In this document: positions 1 through 8,975 of the stretch, piece by piece
How positions within the stretch are numbered: the first letter of the stretch is position 1
Layout: every line of letters starts with the position of its first letter
NCBI GenBank assembly: GCA_019894975.1
Contig: JAGXNO010000015.1
Location: 1 to 64,000 of the forward strand
Source: Promethearchaeota archaeon
GTDB taxonomy: Archaea; Asgardarchaeota; Lokiarchaeia; Sigyniarchaeales; SOKP01
Direction of reading: 5' to 3'
DNA length: 64,000 nt
Program-made: the position numbers and the translations under genes
Notes under the pieces: generated by a model
Told to the model about the DNA's origin: nothing
Database searches by the model: none
Seen by the model: the letters and a program-made list of their open reading frames with translations, nothing else

Positions 1-276
1 TTCATATAATTCTAAATCCAAAGTTTTAGGCAATGTTTGTTTTAACTTTCTATTATCCATGTTTCCTTGAATTGCGATGATTTTATCTTTTCCAAATGTT
101 TTTTGAAGGTTTTGATATACACTAGTAATATCGAAATCACCGAGATGAATTAGATAATCAATTTTCCTTTCTTTAAAATCATCTATTATATTTTTAGGGA
201 TTTCTGCGACTCTTGAGGGAATATGGGTATCTCCTATTAACCCAATCAATAATTCGTCTTTATTCGTCTGTATCAT
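1..276 (-). CDS. YfcE/Vps29-family metallophosphoesterase (runs off window start)
   Basis: Not in ORF track. Manual translation from ATG at 276: MIQTNKDELLIGLIGDTHIPSRVAEIP...LIHLGDFD...IQGNMD, showing the DxH, GD and GNxD metallophosphoesterase motifs. Overlaps the stop of the upstream gene by 17 nt. Confidence 0.85.
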   Translation of the reverse strand, partial: MIQTNKDELLIGLIGDTHIPSRVAEIPKNIIDDFKERKIDYLIHLGDFDITSVYQNLQKTFGKDKIIAIQGNMDNRKLKQTLPKTLDLELYE

Positions 277-1192
277 TGTTGTCAGTTTCTTTTAATCTTA
301 ATTTAATTATCCTCAGAGCAAAGTTAATAACCTCTTCAAGATCTTTCCATTTTCCTAGATTTATCATGTCTTTAGCCCAATAAAAAAGGTCTTGACTTAT
401 GGCAACAGTAGAGTATATAGGTTTCAACAATTTTTCTTCTTCAGAACCAGCTTTGTTTAATAGCCAAGATATGGCATTAGAGACTAATTTAAAGTTATCT
501 CCAGCACTAATACCGTACGATTTGTTTAAGCTTGAAAAAATTGAGAGATTACCAATAGCAAAAACTTTCCCTAATTCATAGTGTACGGCCCCTATTATAG
601 GAAGATGTTGTTTCGATTCATCATGCCATCCATCTCCATCCAAGTAGCTATGCCATGATGTATTTTCTGAGGAATATGCAATACCATTAATATCAATTTT
701 CTCATTTTCAATGGATTTATCTACGGTTAGGGTACAACCATTAGAATGAATAAATTGGTTTAAATCCCTTGTAATATAATGAGGACTAAAATCCTTGATT
801 ACGGGATGAGAATTTTCTTGGGAAAACGATTTATTATCATATAATTTATCATTATTAAAAATTATCCCGAAGTGTTTAGTTAATTCAGATAAATTATTTT
901 TATTTTCATAATCCCCCCCACCATCGTTTATTATGAGAAGACTCCCACCTTTTTTAACATAATCAATTAAATCATCTATTTCTTCTGGTCCTAAGTTTGG
1001 ACCCAAATGTGGAACTCCAATAATGAATAGATCATAACTAGCTAACTTTTCAGTTGTGATTCCTGCCTCGATTTTTCCCAATTGAAAACCAGAATCAAAT
1101 AAATACTGTATAAAATCAGTAAAAGCATTATTCTCAATAGTTAGTTTATTGTTATGAGTACAGTCAAAACCAATAGCAATTTTATTTGTCAT
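260..1192 (-). CDS. GldG/IFT52 (GIFT, DUF4350-like) domain protein with C-terminal ribbon-helix-helix-like segment
   Basis: Motifs FDCTHNN, YDLFIIGVP, DYVKKGGSLLII, FGIIFN and GKVFAIGNLSIF...DNFKLVSNAISWL are typical of the class I GATase-like GIFT fold. The C-terminal STVAISQDL...WKDLEEVINFALR resembles an RHH. Confidence 0.6.
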   Translation of the reverse strand: MTNKIAIGFDCTHNNKLTIENNAFTDFIQYLFDSGFQLGKIEAGITTEKLASYDLFIIGVPHLGPNLGPEEIDDLIDYVKKGGSLLIINDGGGDYENKNNLSELTKHFGIIFNNDKLYDNKSFSQENSHPVIKDFSPHYITRDLNQFIHSNGCTLTVDKSIENEKIDINGIAYSSENTSWHSYLDGDGWHDESKQHLPIIGAVHYELGKVFAIGNLSIFSSLNKSYGISAGDNFKLVSNAISWLLNKAGSEEEKLLKPIYSTVAISQDLFYWAKDMINLGKWKDLEEVINFALRIIKLRLKETDNNDTDE

Positions 1193-1317
1193 GGTTAATA
1201 ATTCCTACTATTTTGTTATAAAATTCATTTATAATTTGATATAAAACACTAATGCAAATTTCTACTTATTAATATCAAATAAAATGATTATCTAATTATT
1301 TTTTGTTATTATTTTAT

Positions 1318-2712
1318 TTATAAGTTCTTTAATGTGATAAAAGCACTCCCAATTTGAATCCGAACTAATTTATTTATGGGGATAACTTCGAATTTGGTAT
1401 GCTTTAATAACTCATTAATTTTTGTTTCTATAAATTTTTCTAAGTCCGTTTTAATTTTCATTAATTCAGGTCTCTTTTCTGGACGATTTAAAATGGCTTC
1501 TTGACATAGCCTAGCTAACATTGACATAGAGAGTAGATAGTAATATTTACTAGCAACATTTAAGTCAAATGCCTGCGATACTGTTGCTTTTCCGTCATAC
1601 ATAAGTGATGTCTTAGCATCTTGCATATAAACTCCTAGCAACAGTCCCCCATTTTTAATTAAAGAGTCTATTGCATGAAAAAGTCTTGTAGTCTTTATAC
1701 AATATTTCTTAATTGAACGAAAAATTTTCTTAGATTGGTTATAAAGATCCTTCGTATAATTTATTGATTCTATACGTAGGTCTCTTCTTTCAAATTCAGT
1801 ATGCGATAGATCATCTATAGCTTTATCATAAAAATATGGCATTTCACATACTAATACAAAGCTCTTATCAGCTGTAATTGTTTTAAGATAATCATCTGAG
1901 GATGTCCCACACCGTAAAATTTCTTGTGGATTCTCTATACCGTTAGCTTCAATGAAATCATATTGTTCCTGAATCCCAGACATCTCGAAAACTGCATCAT
2001 GAAGAACCTTAATGAAAGGAGCTTCGGGTTCTCCAAGATGCAAAGGTAACTTTTCTTCTTGAACGAATTTAATGAGTTCAGAAAATAAATTTCCCACTCC
2101 GCGAGTAACATAGAAATATACGCCGCCAAAAGCTGAATTATGGAGACTATACATGAACGTGGGTTTTAATTCATGCATCAATGATATTAAAGCTTGAGTT
2201 TCAGGAGGAGGTGTTTCAAACTCAAGTTTCTTATACTTGATAGGAAAAGACCATTCAACTTGTTCGTAAGCAGCAGGTCTATAATAATTTCTCGCGTATT
2301 TTATTGGACTAAATTTTCCCTTAAACCATCCTTCATTCATTACAGCTCCATCAATATCAATAGCTTTAATTATATACCATGTATAACCTGTTTTTTCTGT
2401 AAATTCAGGGTTTTCTGCTAAATATTTTGATAAAAACTCCAGACTCATACTTCCAATTGGCTCATTGGGATGTGGAAATGCAAAGAGAAGTGCATTTTCC
2501 TTTCCTTGGCCAATTTTTAGACAATATATTGGTCTTCCTTCTCCTGTTTTCCCTAATTCTTTCAACTCTACATTAGCAAATTCTTTAGCTAACTTCTTAC
2601 TCGAATTATCTAGCTCAGATATAGTCATAAATTCTTTATATTCAGGGATTTGGTTTAGGATTTTATTAAGATCTATATTATTCACCCGATAAGTTTGAAA
2701 ATTCATAATCAA
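1318..2712 (-). CDS. M14 family zinc carboxypeptidase
   Basis: LGKTGEGRPI, HPNE (HxxE), PETQA and YSLHN zinc-ligand motifs. Confidence 0.85.
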   Translation of the reverse strand: MIMNFQTYRVNNIDLNKILNQIPEYKEFMTISELDNSSKKLAKEFANVELKELGKTGEGRPIYCLKIGQGKENALLFAFPHPNEPIGSMSLEFLSKYLAENPEFTEKTGYTWYIIKAIDIDGAVMNEGWFKGKFSPIKYARNYYRPAAYEQVEWSFPIKYKKLEFETPPPETQALISLMHELKPTFMYSLHNSAFGGVYFYVTRGVGNLFSELIKFVQEEKLPLHLGEPEAPFIKVLHDAVFEMSGIQEQYDFIEANGIENPQEILRCGTSSDDYLKTITADKSFVLVCEMPYFYDKAIDDLSHTEFERRDLRIESINYTKDLYNQSKKIFRSIKKYCIKTTRLFHAIDSLIKNGGLLLGVYMQDAKTSLMYDGKATVSQAFDLNVASKYYYLLSMSMLARLCQEAILNRPEKRPELMKIKTDLEKFIETKINELLKHTKFEVIPINKLVRIQIGSAFITLKNL

Positions 2713-2823
2713 TAAATATGCTTACCATAATAAAAGTATCATGCTTTTTTGTAGTAAGACCTTTTTGCCGAAAGAAAAATGTGGATAATATAAATTTAAT
2801 AGATTTTGTTTTTTTTCTAAATT

Positions 2824-3186
2824 ATGATAAAAAAAAATTATACTGATGTGGAAGAAAAGCAAGCTACTTTAAGCAATGGAACTAATGTAGAAGATGTAAC
2901 CGTTAGATGGTTAATTGATAAGAATTCGGGTGCTAATAATTTTGCAATGAGAAGATTTGAAATAAAGGTAGGCGGAAAAGTTCCACTCCACAACCATGAA
3001 CAAGATCATGAAATATACATCTTATCTGGAACGGGAAGATTCTATAATGATAAAGAACAAGAATATAAAGTTATGCAAGGAGATGTTATCTACATCCCAC
3101 CAAATGAAAAACATGGAATAGATAATTTAAGTAAAGATAATCTAATTTTTATTTGCTTAGTTCCGTATCTAGAAAATAAAAATTAA
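2824..3186 (+). CDS. Cupin domain protein
   Basis: PLHNHEQDHEIYILSGTG and GDVIYIPPNEKHGI cupin motifs. Confidence 0.9.
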   Translation: MIKKNYTDVEEKQATLSNGTNVEDVTVRWLIDKNSGANNFAMRRFEIKVGGKVPLHNHEQDHEIYILSGTGRFYNDKEQEYKVMQGDVIYIPPNEKHGIDNLSKDNLIFICLVPYLENKN

Positions 3187-3191
3187 GAAAA

Positions 3192-5630
3192 TTAAACTTC
3201 TTTTTCACACTTTCCGATTCCAGTTACAAAATCATTTTCATACAATTTAATAACTCTAACACCTTTTGCGGTTCTATGAGTAATTCTTATTGAATCTACA
3301 GATACTCTTATCATTTGTCCTTGTTCTGTTCCAATTAATAGATCCATCTGTTTCGCAATTTTAATGGCAATGACTTTGTCATTTTTTTCTTTATTCAAAG
3401 TTATATTTTTAACCCCTTTTGCGCCTCTCCCCGTTTTTCTATATTCTTTCACATAAGTTCTTTGGCCATATGCATTTTCCGTTAAAGTTAAGATTATCTC
3501 ATCATCTGAGACTAATAAGAAATCAATAACTTCATCACCTTCTCTTAAATGTGCTCCCTTGACACCCATCGAATTTCTTCCCAACTCTCTTAATTCAGAT
3601 TCATCGAATCTAATCGCATAACCTAGTTTTGTGGCAATGAATATATCTTGTAATTCGTTTGAAAGTCTTTTAACGCTTACTAATTCATCATCTGGTCTTA
3701 TTCTCTGAGCTCTTACTCCTGTACTTTTAAATTTTGAAAATAATCGTAATGGAGATTTCTTTATAATTCCATTTTTAGTTGCCATTATCAACATTTCTGT
3801 GGTATCAAAGTTGTTAATGGGAATCATAGAAGAGATTTTTTCACCCGGTTGTAGAGGGAGTAAATTGATTATTGGTTTACCGCGTGCAGTACGTTGTTGT
3901 AAAGATATATTATAACTTTTAATTGAATATACCCTACCTTTAGAAGTAAAGACTAAAATTGTATCATGAGTAGAACATACAAATAAATCGGTAATGAAAT
4001 CTTCTTCCCGGACAGTCATTCCTTTTTTACCACGCCCGCCTCTACCTTGGATACGATACTCCTCAACTGAGATCCTTTTAATATACTGATTTTTAGTAAA
4101 AATCACAATCGTTGGTTCATTTTTAATAAGATCTACCCTTTTAATGTCTCTAGCAGATTCTTCACCACTAATTTCTATTTTTGACCTTCTATCATCACCA
4201 TATTTTGCACTCAGATCATTTAATTCACTTTTTATAATATCTAATTGCAACTGCTCCTTAGCTAGAATTTTTTTATATTCTACGATACTTTCATTCAAAG
4301 ATTTCTCCTCATCCACCAGCTTTTGCTTTTCTAGATTAGTCAATCGAGATAATTGCATGTTTAATATTGCTTGGACTTGGATGTCACTTAAACTATAGGC
4401 TTCCATTAATTTTATTTTTGCTTCTTTTGTATCTTTCGCTTTTTTAATTATATTTATAACGTTATCAATATCATTTAAAGCAATAAGAAGCCCTTCTACT
4501 CTATGAAGTCGATCTTCAGCTTTTCTAAGATCAAATTCTATTCTCCTTCTAATAATTAACAGACGGTGAACTATATATTCTTGAATAATTTCTTTTAAAG
4601 TAAGAATTTTAGGTTGTTTTCCATTATTAATCAACACTAAGTTTATTACATTAAAACTTGTAAACAATCTAGTCCGTTTAAATAAAATGTTTTTAATTAT
4701 AACTGGTTGAGCATTTTTTGTTAAATCTATAACTATTCGCATCCCATTCCTATCAGATTCATCCCGTAAATCTCTGATGTCTTTAATAACACCATCCTTT
4801 ATTAATTTAGCAATAGATTCTATCAACAAAGATTTATTTACCAGATATGGAATTTCTGTAATAATTAGGCTAGTTTTGTCATCTTTAACTTCAGTTTCGA
4901 CATTCCCACTAATATTTACATTACCGATTCCGGTTGTGTATGCATTATATATACCATTTGTATCTGAAATAATCCCACCTGTAGGAAAATCTGGGCCTTT
5001 AATAATTTCCATAAGTTCTAGAATTGATATTTCAGGATCGTCAATTGTAGCTACAATTCCTTGGCAAATTTCATTTAAGTTATGAGGAGGCATTGAGGTA
5101 GCCATCCCTACAGCAATTCCTTTTGTTCCATTTATTAAAATATTAGGCAATTTGGCAGGTAAATAAACGGGTTCAACCTTACTATCATCAAAGTTTGGGA
5201 TAAATTCCACTGTTTCTTTATTTAAATCCTCAATTAATTCATCTGAAATGCGTGAGAGCCTGGCTTCCGTATATCTGTAAGCGGCTGGATCATCTCCATC
5301 AACTGAACCAAAATTACCTTGAGGATCAATTAGAGGATATCGTAGGGAAAAATCTTGCCCCATTCTTACAAGGGCACCATATATAGCATCTCCTGAATGA
5401 GGATGATAATTTCCTAAAACTTGCCCTACTATTTTAGCACATTTAACATGAGGAGAGCGTATATCCCATCCACTTTCTGCCATTGCAAAGATGATTCTTT
5501 TCTGAACAGGTTTAAGTCCATCTCTTACATCAGGAATTGCCCTACCAATGATGACCGACATGCTATAATCTATATAGCTGCTTGCCATCTCATCTTTTAA
5601 CAAAATTTCTTCAATCTGTTCTGATGTCAA
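3192..5630 (-). CDS. gyrA: DNA gyrase subunit A
   Basis: SYIDYSMSVIIGRAIPDVRDGLKPVQ, catalytic RYTEARL, GyrA-box QGRGGRG, C-terminal beta-pinwheel repeats. Confidence 0.97.
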   Translation of the reverse strand: MTSEQIEEILLKDEMASSYIDYSMSVIIGRAIPDVRDGLKPVQKRIIFAMAESGWDIRSPHVKCAKIVGQVLGNYHPHSGDAIYGALVRMGQDFSLRYPLIDPQGNFGSVDGDDPAAYRYTEARLSRISDELIEDLNKETVEFIPNFDDSKVEPVYLPAKLPNILINGTKGIAVGMATSMPPHNLNEICQGIVATIDDPEISILELMEIIKGPDFPTGGIISDTNGIYNAYTTGIGNVNISGNVETEVKDDKTSLIITEIPYLVNKSLLIESIAKLIKDGVIKDIRDLRDESDRNGMRIVIDLTKNAQPVIIKNILFKRTRLFTSFNVINLVLINNGKQPKILTLKEIIQEYIVHRLLIIRRRIEFDLRKAEDRLHRVEGLLIALNDIDNVINIIKKAKDTKEAKIKLMEAYSLSDIQVQAILNMQLSRLTNLEKQKLVDEEKSLNESIVEYKKILAKEQLQLDIIKSELNDLSAKYGDDRRSKIEISGEESARDIKRVDLIKNEPTIVIFTKNQYIKRISVEEYRIQGRGGRGKKGMTVREEDFITDLFVCSTHDTILVFTSKGRVYSIKSYNISLQQRTARGKPIINLLPLQPGEKISSMIPINNFDTTEMLIMATKNGIIKKSPLRLFSKFKSTGVRAQRIRPDDELVSVKRLSNELQDIFIATKLGYAIRFDESELRELGRNSMGVKGAHLREGDEVIDFLLVSDDEIILTLTENAYGQRTYVKEYRKTGRGAKGVKNITLNKEKNDKVIAIKIAKQMDLLIGTEQGQMIRVSVDSIRITHRTAKGVRVIKLYENDFVTGIGKCEKEV

Positions 5631-5678
5631 ATTAAAACCCCAATTTTTCTAAAATGAATAATTATTAAATAATAGGTG

Positions 5679-7741
5679 TTAGATATCTAACACATTAACT
5701 TCGTCAAAATGACTGATAATGAATTTTTTTCGAGCTTTCACTTCTTTACCCATGAGCTTTGTAAACATTAGATCATTTTCTAAATAGTCTTCATAAGTAA
5801 CTTTCTTTAGTTTCCTAGTATCGCGATTCATGGTGGTCACATAGAGCTCTTCTGCGTTCATTTCACCAAGGCCTTTATATCTTTGAGTTCGAATTGAACC
5901 CGTGTCCTTAAGATTATGTTTTGTTTGTAATCCTTGAAAAAAGTCTTCTTTTTCTTTATCTGTGAAGACATATTTTTGGTCTTTCTTATAACTAACTTTA
6001 TATAAGGGAGGACAGGCAATATAGAGATGTCCTGCATCTATAAGTGGACGCATATATCTAAAGAAGAATGTAAGTAGGAGTGTCTCAATGTGAAATCCGT
6101 CAATGTCAGCATCACACATAATTACTACCTTATGGTAGCGCAGTTTACTTAAATCAAAGTTTTCTTCGACTTCTTCACCTTCTTCAGTTTCACCATTGGT
6201 TCCATTTAAATCATTTTCCTCTTGGAATCCTACTCCTAGAGCTTTGATAATAGATTGGATTTCATTGTTTTGCAATATCTTGTCTAAACGGGCTTTTTCT
6301 ACGTTTAAAATCTTACCCCTAAGAGGAAGAATTGCCTGATAAGTTCTATCTCTTCCTTGTTTAGCAGAACCACCTGCTGAATTTCCTTCAACTATAAATA
6401 TTTCTGAATCTTCAGGTTTATTCGAAGAACAATCAGCAAGTTTGCCCGGCATCCTTGCACCATCTAATGCAGATTTTCTACGGATTAGAGATCTCGCTTT
6501 TTGGGCAGCTTCACGAGCTATTTTCGCATTAATAGTTTTTAAAATAATCCTTTTAGCTATTTGTGGGTGTTCTTCTAGAAATTGAGTTAACTTATCAGTA
6601 ACCATTTGACTTATTATCTGCCGAATCTCAGGGTTACCTAACTTAATTTTAGTTTGGCTTTCAAATTGAGGATCAGGAAGTTTAACCGAAATTACTGCTG
6701 AAAGTCCTTCTCGTGTATCAGTCCCACTTAATACGTGATCTTTATACTTCTTTTCCATATAATTTTCTATATAAGAATTAAAACCCCTTGTTAAGGCCGA
6801 TTTAAACCCGGTTAAATGAGTGCCTCCCTCGATAGTGTTGATTGTGTTGGCATAAGAGAGAATATTTGTATGATATCCTTGGTTGTATTGAGCAGCAACT
6901 TCACACATTATCGTAGAGCCATCTTCATCTTCAGTTGAATCGCTTATATAAATAACGTCATTATGTAAAGGCTGTTTGTCTTTATTTAAATAGCTTACAA
7001 ATTCCTTTAATCCGCCTTCATAATGAAATTCTTCTATTTCATCCTTAAATTTATCATGAAGTTCAAACCTTGCGTGTGGGTTAAGAAATGCAAGCTCTCG
7101 CATCCTAGCAGTAATAGTATGGGCACTGAATATCGGTTCATTAGGATCAAAATCAAAAATAGAATTATCTGGATAAAATTTGATTTTTGTGTATGTCTTT
7201 TCGGTTTTGATCTCTGTTGTTTCTGCATCAGTTACCTTTTTGCCTTTAGAAAATTTTTGTTTGTAGAGCAGACCATCACGACAGACCTCAACTTCCATCC
7301 ATTCAGTTAAAGCGTTCACAACTGAGAGTCCAACGCCATGTAAGCCACCAGAAATTTTATAACTTTTACTGTCAAATTTTCCTCCAGCATGTAAATGTTC
7401 CATGATTACTTCAAGCGCAGGTCTCTTAAATTCGGGATGTTCATCAATAGGGATGCCACGACCATTATCAGATACTTGAACTGTATTATCTTTATAGAGG
7501 GTTACCTTTATCTCGTCGGCATACCCTCCCATTGCTTCATCTACAGAGTTATCAAGTACCTCGAAAATAAGATGGTGAAGCCCCCTCTTGCTTTGGTCCC
7601 CTACATACATTGCGGGCCTCTTTCTTTGTCGACCTAGCGCGAATCGCGCATCTCCTTCATTCTTTATGAAGATAAGTTTACGCCGTCGAGCCCTTTTAGT
7701 ACTTGAATATCCTCTGCATCATATCCGCTTTTCTCAACCAT
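5679..7741 (-). CDS. gyrB: DNA gyrase subunit B, split: exon 1 7741-7679, exon 2 7625-5679 (669 aa if joined)
   Basis: ATG at 7741 gives MVEKSGYDAEDIQVLKGLDGV. After a 53-nt gap the frame resumes RKRPAMYVGD...EVLDNSVDE, GGLHGVG, VEGNSAGG, PLRGK, DADIDG, RYKGLGEM. The ORF track only catches 5679-7610. Confidence 0.95.
7626..7678 (-). other. 53-nt intervening sequence in gyrB, putative bulge-helix-bulge intron
   Basis: AACTTATCTTCATAAAGAATGAAGGAGATGCGCGATTCGCGCTAGGTCGACAA. Contains an in-frame TAA. Exact removal restores V-R-K-R-P. Folds into a three-way junction with BHB-like ends. Boundaries can slide by +/-1 nt. Confidence 0.75.
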
Positions 7742-8035
7742 GTTAAACCAAAATTAGTTTTTTTTAGTAAAGGTAAATCTATCAAATAAATCTCAAAATG
7801 TGTTGATAATTTAACAATTCACTATATTAATAATGGAATTTATCACTTTTAAATGTAGGTACAATTTTTCATAGTTTTTCGTCGCTCAAAATCGACATAA
7901 ATCTTTTTTTTTCTGCCCGTACTTTTAGAACTATAACATGGATACAATTAATATAGTTTTTAGTCTATAAAATCATTAGAATGAGTTTTACCGGTTCAAT
8001 TTTTCACAGTTAATTTTTTTGATTAGAATTGAGAT

Positions 8036-8899
8036 TTATTTGTTTCTTCTGATTTCTTTTGCCATTTTTACTATTTCAAAGATTTGATTATCCACATCAT
8101 GGGTTCGAACGATGTGAGCGCCATTATATACTGCTATTGCTGTTGAAGAAAGTGTTCCATTTAATCTATTTTCAGGATCAGGAATATTTAATGTTGTACC
8201 GATAAATGATTTTCTTGAAATGGCAATAAGAATAGGGAGATTTAGTATTCGAAGTTTGCCTAAATTATTAATTATTTTTAAATCATAGGTATGTACCTTT
8301 TTTTCAACCCATTTGCCGATCCCTGGATCTATAATAATCAAATTTTCGTTATAACCTTTGGATTTAAGATGCTTTATAGTTTTACTAAACTCGTGTAGTA
8401 TTTCGGCTATTTCACATAGATCTCCTGGAAGTTCTTTTGATGCTATTAAAATAACAGGAAGATTGTGCTTTATTAAAAAGTCTTCAAGGGTTGAGTCAGT
8501 TTTTAAACAACTTACGTCATTTATAATAATTTTCTTTTCAAATTTAAGAGATATTTTAAGAGCTACTTCAGCAACTTCAGTGTACTGAGTATCAACGGAG
8601 ATAATTACTTCTTTCGGAATTATATTACAAACTAGTTCCATAGCTGATTGAATCCGGTTAATTTCTTCATCGATGGTAATTTTTTGAGACCAAGGAGCTG
8701 TTGATCGAGCACCTAAATCTAGCATCGTAACACCATTTTCAATCATTTTTCGTGTGGCCTTCTCTAAAGATTGGTCGTCAGAATAAACCGATCCTTGGTA
8801 GAAACTTTCTGGGCTTAAATTCAGTACTCCCATTATGACGGTAGGGCAGTCATCTCCGATTTCTAAGATGCCATGTAAATTCATATATATTTTTTTCAT
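8036..8899 (-). CDS. folP: Dihydropteroate synthase
   Basis: IMGVLNLSPESF, DLGARSTAP, ISVDT, IINDVS, IIDPGIG, ISRKSFIG, IVRTHDV. Confidence 0.93.
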   Translation of the reverse strand: MKKIYMNLHGILEIGDDCPTVIMGVLNLSPESFYQGSVYSDDQSLEKATRKMIENGVTMLDLGARSTAPWSQKITIDEEINRIQSAMELVCNIIPKEVIISVDTQYTEVAEVALKISLKFEKKIIINDVSCLKTDSTLEDFLIKHNLPVILIASKELPGDLCEIAEILHEFSKTIKHLKSKGYNENLIIIDPGIGKWVEKKVHTYDLKIINNLGKLRILNLPILIAISRKSFIGTTLNIPDPENRLNGTLSSTAIAVYNGAHIVRTHDVDNQIFEIVKMAKEIRRNK

Positions 8900-8975
8900 G
8901 GGTTATCTAGAAAATGAACAAATTATATCAAATAAGTTTAATTAATGGATATCTAAGGATATGACATTTAAGAAT

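Noticed and set aside
5679-7610. gyrB simply starting at ATG 7610 as in the ORF track
   Set aside because: This would drop the conserved N-terminal arm (YDAEDIQVL, RKRP), which is clearly encoded upstream
7626-7678. gyrB insert as a group I/II intron, hammerhead ribozyme or intein
   Set aside because: Far too short; no GUGYG/domain V, no CUGAUGA-GAAA core; not an in-frame protein insert
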